Positions 50,846 through 64,000 of a stretch of DNA of 64,000 nt are shown here, piece after piece. The notes beneath the pieces were generated by a model that worked only from the letters and a program-made list of their open reading frames with translations, was not told the DNA's origin and did no database searches. The translations under genes and the position numbers were made by a program. The stretch is from Paraspadella gotoi (lineage: Eukaryota; Animalia; Chaetognatha). Numbering within the stretch: position 1 is the stretch's first letter; every line of letters begins with the position of its first letter. The stretch lies in NCBI GenBank assembly GCA_051294375.1, contig CM119267.1, forward strand, positions 13,880,186-13,944,185, in the 5' to 3' direction.

Positions 50846-52196
50846 TTTCTGACTCTTCCCTCATAAAAAGGAAAAAGGAAATCGGATCGGTTGGAGAAAT
50901 AACCGTTTGTAGTCGTAAACCCTGTAATTAATTTCTATTTTAACTTAGTTTATTATGTATTTAGTTGCATTGTTTTTATTATCTTGTCTTGAAAATAAAA
51001 AAAATTTAAAAATTAGTTATTTCAATTTACCCAAACATTTGATTCAAAAGTAATTAAAATAGTTCAAGATTTAGACTTTTTTATAGTTTAGAAAAGTTTA
51101 GATGAATTCAAATATGACTCTCTCTCTTCCATTTCAAATTCGACCTAACTTTCAAAATAATTCCATGACTCCGTTCCATCGCGTATGTCCAAATCTATAA
51201 TTAGAATTAAATTTAAATTAAAATTTCAATGGCAATTCACTAGTTATGCTAGGCTTATAAAAAGTTTTGATAGTGTTTTATGCAGCATTGGGTACGGCGA
51301 TGAAAGCGAAAAAAAATCATTGAACTTTAAATTATGTCCTTTGCAAAACACACTTGTGCCGACAAAGGTTTCAGTAACCTTGGGGTCAACCGAGTTGGCA
51401 CCTATGTTTAGAGAGGGTGAAGTGAAAGTTTGGGAATCAAAAATTTAGCAGTATATCTTGAAAGCTAATCATATTTTAATTGGAAAACGAATCTGTAGTT
51501 TTCTTTTTTTTATAAACTATAGTAGCCAAGTCAGCTTATTTTGTATTATAGTTACTACCCTTATATAATGTCAGAATTTCTAAATGTTTTTTGACATTTT
51601 TGACGAGACAAAACATTCCACTTTTCAGTGTTTTTAATACCAAAGCCAAAGTGTAATTTTTTGCGAGTCGTCTTTGTAGACCAAATATTCCAGCAAAAAA
51701 CAAAGAAGGTTCCATCGCCCAGGTCGTAAGACAACTACGAAGGGACAACGCCCGGCGTCGCAACATATCCGGAGTTTTGACCCCGGCATCGCTCGCGACT
51801 CTTCCGTAAGAAGTACCGCCGCCTGGTTGGTCGGAAGCCATGATGCCAGGATTGTTTCAATGGTAACATCCGTTCGCGCCCATTTGAGTCTCAACGCCAC
51901 AGGACCGTCTACTTTTGGCTTAAAATTATGTTTCATGATATTTTTTAGTCGTTAAAGCTGTAAAAAATGACCAAAATGTTTCATCATATTACTGTGTTCC
52001 GGTCAATCTAAGGTCATTGCCAAGCATAGGGAAAGTGACCGTGTGGATAGACGGCATCGAGAGAGAGGAAGTGTTTTAAGAGAAAAGACCGGTCGTAAGT
52101 CACCTCAGTTTATTACAGGAACGTGAAAAAGTGGAGAATTTTTATCTTTTTTTTACATTTTTGACGCTCTAGACATTTGAAATTTTTAATAACATA

Positions 52197-52610
52197 TTTA
52201 TGAAAATTGGTACAAACCAATATAAAAATTATCCATTCATTTTAATTAAATAAGCTATCTGTGCTTCCTGACTTTTGACAGGCTTTGTTGTTTAAGGCCT
52301 CCATCACTCTTACCAAGATAATGACATATGGTAGTTAGCGTCCCTACAGTTTTCAGTCAAGACTCTCTCATCTTGTTTATTCGCTCCAGAATACCTGGCT
52401 CGCCTTATCAATGAAGTAGAATAATGTTTCAAAGAATATTTTCAATTGTATTAAAAGACCAACTCCCTTAAGTATTAGATCGGGGAATACTATATTGTAC
52501 TCCGCCCAGCATCCAAAATACAAGGAGCTAAATTTATGAAAATTGGTACGACCAATATAAAAAATTATCCATTCATTTAATAAGATAAGCTATCTTGCTA
52601 CTGACTTTGG
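52197..52610 (+). repeat. Short dispersed AT-rich repeat TTTATGAAATTGGTACAACCAATATAAAAATTATCCATTCATTTAAT (52197, 52533; also ~25816 and ~46925)
   Basis: Four near-identical occurrences in different contexts; the ~46925 one is partial. Confidence 0.75.
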
Positions 52611-53931
52611 ACTTTTATGAAGAATCAGAATGTTTAATAAAAATTTTATAAAAAATGATTTTAAAATTTATTATTTTATATAAAGATATTATTATGAATA
52701 TTTTAAATTAATGATACTGTTCCCCAAACAATATTAAGCAGTGCCTCCATTCTATTGACCACGGATGCTGTGTTGGTCGACGCCTCAATCGCTACCAACA
52801 CCACGAAACTGGTCAATGCCTCCACGCAGACTCACTTCAATGGGGAGGTTTAATCTTGAAAATTCTATGAACGCGGAAATCGAGGAACTTGAAAGCTCGT
52901 GAGGTTATCAGCGCCATCATTGGATGACATCCATCGTTGCATTAGGCGCTCGACCTACAGACTCCCAAGCATGGCCTTCAAAGCATTGTTTCATACTTTT
53001 CCAGACAAAACATTACTTCTCAGCTGCCTCTATCTCTAGGACAGAGTTAGTGTTTTCTGGCCCACACTGGACTGATTTTACTAAAAAAAGACCTCCAGGT
53101 TTAACGCCCTCGCTTCCTTATTTTTTCTCCCTATCTTCATACACTCTGCCTGATTTTTCTAAAAAGACCGAGTTGGACACTATGTTAAGCCATTGCGAGC
53201 AAAGTTAGTCTCATCCAATATCTTTATACCACTTGAAAACATTCACTCTCCTATATTATTTTAACTTGCCAATAACTCATGTATTATATGCTTTCTATAA
53301 ATCTACATTATATTTATTATTGTGGCGACGACAGTTTCGTCGCCATGGGGTTGACTCCAGCTGGCCACTATGTTTTGGTCGGTCGGCCAAGGAAGCGGCT
53401 ACTGATTTTCTTACTTTCTCTCTTCTCTCTCTCTCTCTCTCTCTCTTTCTTAGCCGTTGCCCGGGTTTCTCTACTCATTTCGATCCATTTAATTAAATCA
53501 ATTTATTTTAAATTGACTTTATTTCTCCCATGTTATTCAGATGTTTTAAATATAATCCATTTTTATTGAGGACCGAACGCGCATTTTTAGTTTTACCGGC
53601 CTTCTCTGCTCGATCGTCCGTGGGCTTAAATAAAAAGAACTACGAAGCGAGCGCTAGTTCAACGTTTAGTGGAACCAAAAAAATTATTTTTCGATCCGCG
53701 AATTCTGTTTGCGAAGAGGATGGGAAAAACGCGCGGGTTTTTGCCTGCCATTTCTAAACGCGGCAGGCCGATTTGACTTTGAAATTTTTTGCATGCGCAA
53801 TGATTGACAATCATTTCCTACCGAATTCGATATAAAAATATATAAGAAAATGCCCGGACGGCGAAACTACATGTCATATCTAGAGAGAAGAGAGGAGAGA
53901 GAGAGAGAGGAGAGGAGGGAGAGATCCGAGG

Positions 53932-53962
<31 letters not shown>

Positions 53963-54653
53963 GAGGAGAAGGGCTGGAGTAGGAGAGGGAAAGATGAAGC
54001 GGTGCGAGACAAAGAAAGTGACGGGAAAAGATGTCGGACACCTGAAAGGAGAGAAAACAAGTTGAAACGATTGAGAGAGAGAGAGAGAGAGGAGAGAGAG
54101 ATGGAGAGAGGAGACGAGAGAGATACGAAGACGAGAGAGAGAGAGGAGAGAAGGAAGTATGAGAGAGAGAAAGAGAGAGGAGAGTTTAACTTGCTAAATA
54201 CAATATTATTAAAATCTTAAAGAAATTCTCAAGAACTTCTGACTAATCAAAAAAAAGTTAAGACACGCGAGAGCATTAATTTATTGGTTTCTTTAGAAAA
54301 GTCAAGACAAACAGAAAAATAACAAAATTTATTAAAAAATATTCCGGAAAAAGAAATTTATAAAACACTTTAAAAAAGTTTTGAAAAAGAAAAAAAAAAC
54401 AATTATTTTGTTGAGAAAAACTGGAGAGAAAACGAAATAATTCATTTAAAAAAAAAAACTAAAAATAAAACTAAAATTGAATTGAATTTAAAAAAAAAGA
54501 GAGAGACACGTGTGCTTGGCAGGCTTTGTCTTTAGCGAAACGCTGATTTATGTACCAAGGGAAGCACGCAGTTTTTTAAGTCTGGAGCGCGGAAAACTTT
54601 TTATTTCCTTCTTTCTTTCTTTCTCTGGAGCCTCTCCTTCCCTTCCCTTCTCT

Positions 54654-54730
<77 letters not shown>

Positions 54731-55659
54731 GGCGTCAATTTTTTTTTCTTACCCCCCTTTTTTTTTGCTTGTTAGAGTGTTCCCCACCATTGATTGTTTG
54801 TTTTTCCTTTAAAGTTTGTTTGGTTTAGCTCTTTGTGGTTTAACTCAAAAATTCGCTCTTTCGTTCGACCCTTTTTTATTTTTTCTTTGCTTATCATTAT
54901 TTTTCTTTCCTGCCGTTTCTTTCTTTCTTTCTTTCTTTTCTTTTCTTTCTTTCTTTCTTTCTTTTTCTTTTCTTTCTTTTCTTCTTTCTTTCTTTCTTTC
55001 TTTTCTTTCTTTTCTTTCCTTTTTTTTTCCTTTCCTCCCTCCCACGCACTGCACACAAAGGAGCTTGCCCCGCGTTACTATTCACTGCCATTGTCCCCAA
55101 TAAGGTTTTTTTTTCCTCTGCCTCCCCCCCATTCTTCGCCGCCAAAGGAACAAAAAAGCGAATTAAATTAGAGGCAGCGTTCGTCGCCCAAAATAGAATA
55201 TACTCCGCGGCGGCGCGGCGCGGTATTACTGAGCTGTCGGGGCGGGAAAAAAAAGGGGGCGTGGCAAGGAGGGGAGGAGGAGGGGGGGGCGTTAAAAAGC
55301 GGAAATCTGCGAAGAAGCCTCGAGTTTCAGTCAGATGCTCTTTAATCTAAAATCGTGTGAAAAGGGTAAATTGTCAGTAAAAGTAGAAAAAAAAAAAGTT
55401 TCAAAATAGTTTTTTTCGTGTTGAAAGAAAGACTTTTTTGTAACAAACGTTTTCAGTAAAGATTTAGTTAACATTTTAAACCTACCTGCTGTCAAAAGGT
55501 ACCATATTTGTAATGCGATAGCATTTTGCACCTTTTTGAATTTAAAAAATAGGAGCAGAAAAAAGATTTATATAACCAACTAAGTTAATTTAACGAGGTT
55601 TTATTAATCAGCTATAGAGAGAGAAAAAAAAAAGAGAGGAAAGTACAGAGAAAGACAGT

Positions 55660-55693
<34 letters not shown>

Positions 55694-56629
55694 GAAGAGA
55701 AGAGAGAGAGAGAGAATGATTTCTCCGAGGAAGTGTCGGGGATTCCAAGTTAAGTTCATCGAAGCGGGGGCGGCGCTGGATCGAATTTTTCCAGACGCGG
55801 TTCACAACTCTCACTTAATCCCCTTCCGCATCTGAGTCACCTTAACGACTTTTCAACGTTCACTCGACTCTCGCTTCCACACCTTCCTCACGATTCCGCC
55901 CGCTTCCGCCCGCTTCCGCCCGCTTTCAGGCGCTTCGTTCTCGTTGACTCAATTCGCGCCGACGATTCAAAGTTGATGTCGATTCACTGACGAATGTTTT
56001 CTCAACTTGTTTTCAGGCGAATCACCTTCTTTTTAACCTTTTCTTTTTAACCTTTTCTTTTTTAACCTTTTCTTTTTAACCTTTTTCTTTTTAACCTTTT
56101 CTTTTTAAACCTTTTCTTTTAAACCTTTTCTTTTTAACCTTTTCTTTTTAACCTTTTCTTTTTAAACTTTTCTTTTTAACCTTTTCTTTTTAACCTTTTC
56201 TTTTTAACCTTTTTCTTTTAACCTTTTCTTTTAACCTTTTCTTTTTAACCTTTCTTTTTAACCTTTTTTTTTAACCTTTCTTTTTAAACTTTTCTTTTTT
56301 AACCTTTTCTTTTTAACCTTTTCTTTTTAACCCTTTCTTTTTAAACTTTTCTTTTTTTTATTTCTTTCACTTCTTCCTTTTTCCTTTTCTTTCACATTTT
56401 TCTTTCACCGAAAATGAGACTGCTATGTTTCTTGTTTCGCAAAATAGTTGAAGTCTCACCTCGTTCAATCGATCCTAATTTAAAGAGGAAACTTTAAACC
56501 CTTCACTCGCCGAAAATAGATACGCTTTCTCTTTTTTCGGCTGAATCCTCTTCTCAAAATCATACGATCTTTCTTTTCCTTCATTTTTTCATTTGGTTTC
56601 ACTCGGATATTATTCGCTCTACCTCTTTT

Positions 56630-57527
56630 ATCGAGCCATGACCGGCGAAGCCGGGTCAGGCTTCTAATAATGTTTAGTATTGCTTCTTTTGTACGTAGTT
56701 CGTCGTCGTCGTCGTCGTCGTACGTCGGCGTCACGCTTTTTGTATAAAAAACTACTGCGCTTTTATAGTTTTGGCTGGGACTTTACCTCGTTTTTTTTTT
56801 AAATAAAAATATTATGAATTATTATAAAATTTTACACAAGATGTGGCGATCATAAGTAAGTTTAAAAAAATTAGATATGGCTTCTCAACTTGAAATAGCT
56901 TTGATATTTTCTTATTACATTTGGAATTTAAGTATTTTTTGTTTGAATTTCCACTTCATTATGATTTACTGCAATATTGCCAAATGAGAATTATAGTACT
57001 ATTATAATATCCAAATTAGTATATAGAATGCTTTAAAGCTAATTTACATATTGGGCAGTATATTAATAATTGAAGATGAAATTCAAAAATTTTTTTTTAA
57101 ATTTCTAATAAAAATGGGAACTCAAAGGATTTTTTTAATGAGAAGCTATATCTTTATTTAATACAAATAAAATACAAATACTTTTACAAGCTGCGATTTG
57201 GAAAAAATTGGAAAAGTTCCAATTGTAAACCATTGTAACATTTTTTTGCCTTCTTTTATTTATTTTTAATTATATATATTTTTTTAGCGCTGCCTTTTCT
57301 GAATCGTTTTTAAAAACGAGTTTCAGTTTCATCTCTAGTCTCTCTTTGCGTGCGATCTCGTGTGCGTGAATCGCTTTCGTTTTTTGAAAAATTCTGATAT
57401 TTTTTTTCTTTTAAAAAAACATATATATTTGATTCAGGCGCTGCCTTTTCTGAGAATCGTTTAAAAAAAACGCAGTTCAGGCTCTCTCTCTCTCTCCCTC
57501 GTCTCCCTCCGGTCTCTCTCTCTCTCT

Positions 57528-57563
<36 letters not shown>

Positions 57564-57956
57564 CTTTTTTTACAAAAAAAATTATTCACTTTGTTTTACC
57601 ACCGTTTTTTGAAAAAATTCTTATTATTTTTCGCTTCTAAAAACTTTATTATCGCCATTTATTCCGTCGCTTCGTTCTCAATACAAAATCCCAATTTACA
57701 TCTGAAGATTTTCGGTGGATTTTTTTTGAGAGAAAATTGAGATAAACTTACTTGACCTGGGATTTCGTGGCCGTTGGGCGGCAAACGGAGTAAACAATGC
57801 GAGGAACATTGACCTAATAACAGCGTTACGTGTATAAAAAAAAATCAACTGACCGAGATTCACGCCGATATAAACAAAGGAGTGACTAATATTGCGTATC
57901 GTTGGCGCGGAAAACTTTCTCTCTCTCTCTCATCATCTCTCTCATCTCTTCTCTCT

Positions 57957-58001
<45 letters not shown>

Positions 58002-58290
58002 CACTCTCTCTCTCTTTTTTTTTACAAAAAAAATTATTCACTTGTAAACGAGTAAACGAGTTCCGGCTCTCTCTCTCTCTCCTCTCTCTCTCTATCTCTC
58101 TTCTATACTGTTCTCTCTCTCTCTTCTCTCTTTCTATCTCTTTTTTTGTACAAAAATAATTTTTAAGTCACCTTTTTTCACACTCCGTCACTGCGCGACA
58201 GAGTAAACGAAGTTCCGGCTCTCCATCTACTCTCTCTCTCTGCTTTTTTTTTTTGACAAAAAAAAATTTTTTTAGTCACTTTTTTTTACA

Positions 58291-58325
<35 letters not shown>

Positions 58326-59604
58326 GTCTCTCTCTCTATGTACGACCGTTCGTTTTTTTGAAAATTCTATATTTTTTTTCCTTCTAAAAAATTTTATTAT
58401 CGCCATTTATTTTTTTTCTCTATACAAAATCCCAAATTTACATCCGAAATTTTCATGGATTCCTTTTAGAAAAAAAGGAAAAAAATAACTTATAATGCAG
58501 GCAATGTCAACATGCTACATCAGCTGCTGCTGTACATATAGCCTGCTATATGTCCGGCAATTGCGCGGATTAATTTAATTGCATTATATAACTTTCTAAC
58601 AAAAAATGTTTTTTGTTTTTGTTATTCTGTAACTTGGACCGGTCGCCCACTATTAGCAAATTAATCTAAAAATAGGATTTGAGAAAGGAGAGATATTGTC
58701 AAATTAAACATTACTTTTTTTGTGTTATTCTAAAATTTTTACAATTTTAAAATGTAATTTTTTTTCAGTGATATAATTAATCATTTTATTCTTTTTTAAA
58801 ATAATAATTATTGGAGTTGGATAAATATTTATAAATTCAGTTTAAATATGCAAATATGAAATTTGACCTCGGTCTGGTTTTTCTCTTAAAAAAAAAAGAA
58901 CAATCTAAAAATTTCATTCAAAGGAAAGGAAAAAGAGTTCGTCCCTACTCAGATACGTCGAACAACGAGTTCAGCTCTTGCAGGGCGGTCCAGCTTCTCT
59001 CTATCTTTCTCTCCTATCTCTCTCTCTCTCTCTCTCTCTCTCCTCTCTCTTCTCTCTCTTTCTCTCTCTCTCTCTCTTCTCTCTTTCTCTTTCCTTTCTA
59101 TTTATTCCGCCATTTATATCCGCGCTTTTTTCTCAATACCAAAATCCCATAATTTACATCCGAGATTTTCGTGAATTTTTTTTCTAAAAATTCTGAATTA
59201 TACTTATATAAACAGAGTGAAACTGACCAGCCTCCTCACTCTTCTCCTCTCCTTCTCTCTCTCTTCTCCATCTCTCTCTCTTCTCTCTCTCTCTCTCTCT
59301 CTCTCTTCTCATTTCATTCAATTACACGCATTTGTTTTGTTTTTATTTACGATGCATGACTCATCGCGTCCAAATGAATGACTATCATCGCTTCAATGAA
59401 TGATTATCATCAAATATTCAATGAATGATTATCATCACATCAATGATATGACTATCATCGCATTCAATCATTTTGATTATCATCACATCAGTTATTTTTT
59501 TATCATCGCATCAATTATTGGTTATCATCGCATCAATATTTAGTTATCATCGCAATTAATATTGGTTACCATCGAAAAGCTGGTCGATTCTATTGCTTTA
59601 AGAA
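56630..59604 (+). mobile_element. ~2.97 kb full-length Helentron-associated non-autonomous element (HINE/DINE-1-like) inserted in a T run
   Basis: Absent at the empty site 46151-46170 (ACCTCTTTTTTTATTTCATC). The 5' end has ATCGAGCCA, hairpin TGACCGGC-GAA-GCCGGGTCA and (CGT)n. The interior holds tandem repeats. The 3' end has TGGTCGAT (subterminal inverted repeat) and stem-loop ATTCT...AGAAT before a T run. No ORF. Confidence 0.8.
59352..59572. repeat. ~20-bp minisatellite (ATGAATGATTATCATCGCATCA-like), about 11 units, inside the HINE
   Basis: TATCATC recurs about every 20 nt. Confidence 0.9.
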
Positions 59605-60013
59605 TTTTTTTATTTCATCCAATCACTCCGCACTTTCACCATCTTTTTCCGCATCTCCGCATCCGCAGCAAATTCAACTAATCATCCCTTTCCGGCCCCG
59701 TTCCTTCTCTCGCCATTTTCTCCTTTTCACTTCCCTTTCCCCGTCGATTTTTGCTTCCTTCCAACCACCCCATCCGAACGCCCCCATTGACGCCCCCCTA
59801 TCGAACGCCCGCCCCCACTGACGCCCCCCTTTCTCTTCTTTACTTCCGGTTTCGCTAACGGAGGGGGTCCTTTTTTCTGGAGAAGAAAGGGGCGAAGGGT
59901 CGAAAGGGGAAGAAAAAATACGCGAATCGAAACGAAAATGTATAAAAATAAAAAATGAGGAAACTATAGAACAAAACATTTATATTAGACTTTGAGCTTT
60001 GTAGCTGTTGTTA

Positions 60014-60066
<53 letters not shown>

Positions 60067-61225
60067 ATGACGAGAACTGTAGGGGAAGAAGGTTGAGAAA
60101 GAAATAGACAAGTGAACAAATAATGAAATTAAGAGCGTCTTTCCTCTCGCTAATGTCTTTCAAAGCGTTCCAGGAAACTGTTATTAAGGAAGATAACCTC
60201 ATTAATTTATTCTCTCAATGGAGAAACGGCAACTCAGTGGCTAAAGAATATCGATGATATTTTATTTCGTCATTAAATGATGAAGAGTTTTTACCTATTA
60301 ACGAAAAAATAAATACATTTTCTTTGAAGCTTCATTTTTTTATGATTTGTTGGCTCTGAATGCTTTTGTATTGAATTTATTTTCAATCATTATCATATAT
60401 TTATACATTAGAGAAACAGCAAACTATTTTTTATATGCCTGTGCCTAACCTAAAACCAAAAAAAAATGAGTAAAAGCCGGAATTTAAAAAAAACTCAAGT
60501 TAAGGTTTTTCAGTCGTAACTAATCAGGCAAGGAGGCCGAGAAAAAAGCGACGGGAGGATAAAAAATCGCGACTACACGATTGAAGGAAAAAAAAAAGTT
60601 GGGGAATTAAAAGAAGAAAGGAGGCGAGCGACGTCGTCTGGAAAAGAAGGAATGAAAGATGGAGAGAAGAAAAGAAGGAAAGAACCAGAGGCCGTGGGGG
60701 AATGTCGTTGAGGAGAGAAAAAAAAAAAGGAAAGAAGAAAATTAAAATGTGCGGAGAAATTAAGAAACAAATAAATGGAAAGAAAGGGAAAGAACGGGAA
60801 AAAAAGTGGAGGACATTTTAAAAAAAGAATCTGAATGAAAAAAAAAGGGAAGAAGAGAAAGAGAGAGAGCGAAAAAAGATCTGAATTTAAAAAACCCGAC
60901 TAGGAAATATATACGCTTTCGTTGCGATTATTTCACATCCAATATCATCCAGATGAAACAGTTAAATTTCATGGAGGCGTCGCTTCTCGCGGGTTTCCCA
61001 TTGTTCGTCTCGGATTAGTCTTCGACTCTGTTGCTCACTTTTTGGTCAGTCGGGCGCTCAGCTAAATTTAAAATATTTAGTATTTTTATTTATTAATTAA
61101 ATAAGGCATAGTGAATTGGATGATACGATTATATTTAATTAATTAAAAAAAGTTTAAAAACTAGCTCTGTAGTAATTAATATTTATTTCCCGGACTATGC
61201 AACGCTTCATGCTTTTTCAATTTTT

Positions 61226-61406
61226 TCACATTTGATTTATTTCGGATGAAGCATCTCTTCTTTTGTCTTCACGTCGTCCGACGTCGGAAATCGGCGTGAC
61301 TTCAGGCTCCGCAGTTTCCGGTCCCGCGTTCGGTCGGTCTGCCTGTCCGACGCTCCGACCATCCGGCGGCGGCGTCTCTATCGGCGCCGTCACGTCCGGC
61401 ACGCTT
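61226..61406 (-). CDS. Candidate terminal coding exon (SVPDVTAPIETPPPDGRSVGQADRPNAGPETAEPEVTPISDVGRREDKRRDASSEINQM*), disordered tail of an unknown protein
   Basis: Branch-like CTGAC and ...CACCTCAG acceptor (AG at 61408-61407), a 60-codon open frame to TGA at 61228-61226, and AATAAA on the minus strand at 61187-61182. GC-rich island. Not in the ORF track because it has no start codon. Confidence 0.45.
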
Positions 61407-64000
61407 CTGAGGTGTTGGCGGAAATGTCAGGATAGCGAATTCAAAACAAACAAAAGAGAGAGAGAGAGAGAAAAAGGGAAAGGATCTAAACGACAACAAC
61501 AAATATGAGAGAGGATAGTTTTTTTCTTCGTCGCAAACTATAATAACTTTTTATCCTTAGCTTCCTTAGTTTCTTCCTTTTATGTTCTTTCTTTAATTCA
61601 TCTTTCCTTCCTTCAAGAGAGAGAGGTAGAGGAAGAGATGGTTCACATTCGATATATCCAACTCTTTCAGACTAATATAGTGTAGTTAGGATATATTAAC
61701 ACACTAGAGATCGAGTAGTTGATGCGTCTCGAGGAGATACATGATGCTATCCGATATCACGTATAGCTATGATATATAACATAGAGAAATGCAGAGACGA
61801 CGGTCTCTAGAAGTCAAAGAGGAAGAGAAGGATGAGGAGACGAGGAGGATGAAAAAATCGTTATGATGTCACATGTATAAGACAACATTGGCAGATCTTA
61901 TGCCGCCAGTGTGGCTGTCTATAAATGTCACTGTATGTATGAAGGAGAGGAAAGAGTGAGAGAGAGTACCGTAGAGTATGATCGTATGATGAGAAGAAAG
62001 AATAAGAGAGAGAGTGGTGTGAGAGAGGAGAGGAACGACGGAGAGGATGAGAAGGGAGGGAGAGGAAGAAGGAAGGAGTATTGAGAAGGAAGGACACGAG
62101 TAAGGAGACTCAATCGCAGGTTACTTAAGGTGGATCACGCGGCTAGGAGGGGAGATAAGAAGAGGAGAGAAGAGAGAGGCAGAAGCAGCGCTCGGGATGC
62201 TGCTAGTTAGGAGTAGGTTTGTAGTGTGGCACGATGTACGTTGCATTATATTATGTGTGTAACTTGCTCTCCTCTCTCTCCTCTCTCTCCGATCTTGAAG
62301 TCTATCTCTCAGTCTTGCGGGTCTCTCTTATATGTTTACGCTTCTTACAGCCGAGACCAGACGTCAGATTAAGTAAAAACATACTGCGAGATGGCGAGTA
62401 AATTGTTTATTTATTATCGGGGCGGGCCATGGATTTCACCGCATTGGGTCACACAATAGACGAATTTGTTATGTATGAATGATTAAGAGACGGTCTTGAC
62501 ATGTTGGTTTTGAAAGAATTGCATTTGGTAGATCCACCGCGATTCAAGTAGAGAGAGAGAAGAGTAGCATCGTGAGGGCCTTATAGACGTATTGTATGTA
62601 TCGATGTCCATCAGCATGCACGAGAAAGAGTATTCGAGAGAGAGAGTATGAGAGAAGGAGAGAGTAGATGAGAGGATGGAGTGAGAGAGAGGAGAGAGAG
62701 AGAGAGAGAGGAGAGAGGAGTAGAAAGAGAGAGAGAGAAGAGAGAGAAGAGAATGGAAAGCACGGAATCTTATGAAGTCAGTGTAAAGGAAATGGAGTGA
62801 GATGATGGGGTGTCAGAAAGGCTACAAAAATTGTTGAAGGCTAAAATGAGGAAATTTATGTGAAATTCTAGTTTTGTGCGGTATATATCATCTATAACAC
62901 ATATGTAGTATCGTTACAGGGAATGAAAATGCTATATACTCAGGTCTAACGGTCAATTATTACATACACTCTAATAGTAGCTTTCTCATTCCTATTCCGT
63001 CTTTCCTGCGCTTCCTCTCCTCTTCTCTTGCTCTTCCTTTCTTTCGATTCTCTCTTCTTCCTTCGTCTCTCCCTCCTCTTCTCTATCTCTTCTCTCTGCT
63101 CGTCGTCCAATTCTCCTCTTTCTTCTTCCCGCCTCTACCTCTCTTCGGACCCCAGCGCAGCGTCTGAATCGCATATTCCCCGCCTTCCGCATTTTGGTCT
63201 ATTTCCTTCTTACTTCCAACCGATGAATGTTGCTCGCGCATTTGGTTCCCAATGACACCTCCTAAACCACACTGTTTCTGAGCACAAGTCTCTTCAAAGG
63301 ATGCACGACGAAGTCGGCGGGACGGTGGAAAATGCGTGTATGCGGATCGCGCGCAGCTGTGCGGCGTGCGTCGTTCGTGCGCGGCGGCGCCGTGCTGCAC
63401 TCCGGTGCCGTGGTGCTCATTTAGAATGTCTCTCACTCGGTGAAGAAAGAGAGACGAACCGGCACTAAGAATAGTCAAGCTTTAAGAAATGACATCGCTT
63501 ACGGGAGATCGTTAACTGTTCTGACTGCCGAACCCTTCTCTCCTCATCAAGAGAGTCATCTATCTTACTTTCAAATCTTTTCTGATCTATCTCTCATCTA
63601 TCTAATAGTTCTATTATTATCTCAATCTTAGTGCGAGATCTCTCATCTCGTTCATCTCTATGTATCTGCTCCATATTGCTATTCCCATAGCCACAAGAAT
63701 GAGTTTCCGATGGAGATTTTCAAAGCTATTTACTCTACGATGATACACAGAACCGTCTTGTAATCTCATAGAACTCCGGTCCTACCTTCAATAAAACAAG
63801 CACCATATACTTTCATTTCTCGTCGTCTCTTGAAATCTATTATGAAAGGAACAGTCAGAGTTATTGTGCGTGCCTCGCAGAACAACCGGAAGCTACCAAA
63901 AGTCGGCGAGATATGGTCTACACACACAATGTCGAACTGTTTTCTTCTCTTTGGATTATTTTATCCTTGCATTGGCGTGAGTTTTGCGTAAAGACGATCT

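Larger units (their letters stand above)
53971..59962 (+). repeat. Copy B of duplicated segment, indel-rich, carrying a ~3 kb insertion
   Basis: Matches copy A up to 56629 and resumes at 59605 (TTTTTTTATTTCATCCAATCACTCC) through AAAATGAGGAA at ~59962. Confidence 0.92.

Noticed and set aside
61600-64000. Features in the terminal 2.4 kb
   Set aside because: It looks like uncorrected low-coverage read sequence (scrambled AG tracts). Nothing is supportable beyond the one tentative exon mentioned.

Overview
This is eukaryotic (probably invertebrate animal) draft-assembly sequence. It is AT-rich, CpG-rich and saturated with (AG)n, (AAAG)n, (GAC)n and (GGC)n microsatellites. No recognisable protein family, rRNA, intact tRNA or CRISPR array is present, and nearly all ORF-track entries are translated microsatellites. 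The large-scale structure consists of duplications: a ~7 kb inverted repeat (1-7156 / 8166-15019), a ~0.6 kb inverted repeat near 30 kb, and direct duplications/triplications at 35-60 kb. These duplications abut gaps of exactly 25 N and pair a clean copy with an indel-ridden copy, so they are most likely long-read gap-filling artefacts or uncollapsed haplotypes. The main biological signal is in mobile DNA. (i) There are four Helentron/DINE-1-like (HINE) non-autonomous elements; two of them are reciprocal presence/absence insertions between the duplicated copies, with the empty sites visible in this window. (ii) A ~240-bp repeat in 5 copies combines a tRNA-like core with a terminal hairpin and subterminal inverted repeats. 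(iii) A palindrome carries a degenerate Penelope-type minimal hammerhead. (iv) A tandem array of CRE and ETS motifs is present. (v) A pair of inverted 26-nt mini-intron-like sequences is present. A few isolated exon candidates are reported at low confidence. I did not find a convincing novel protein-coding system. All alignments were done by eye and coordinates in noisy segments are approximate.
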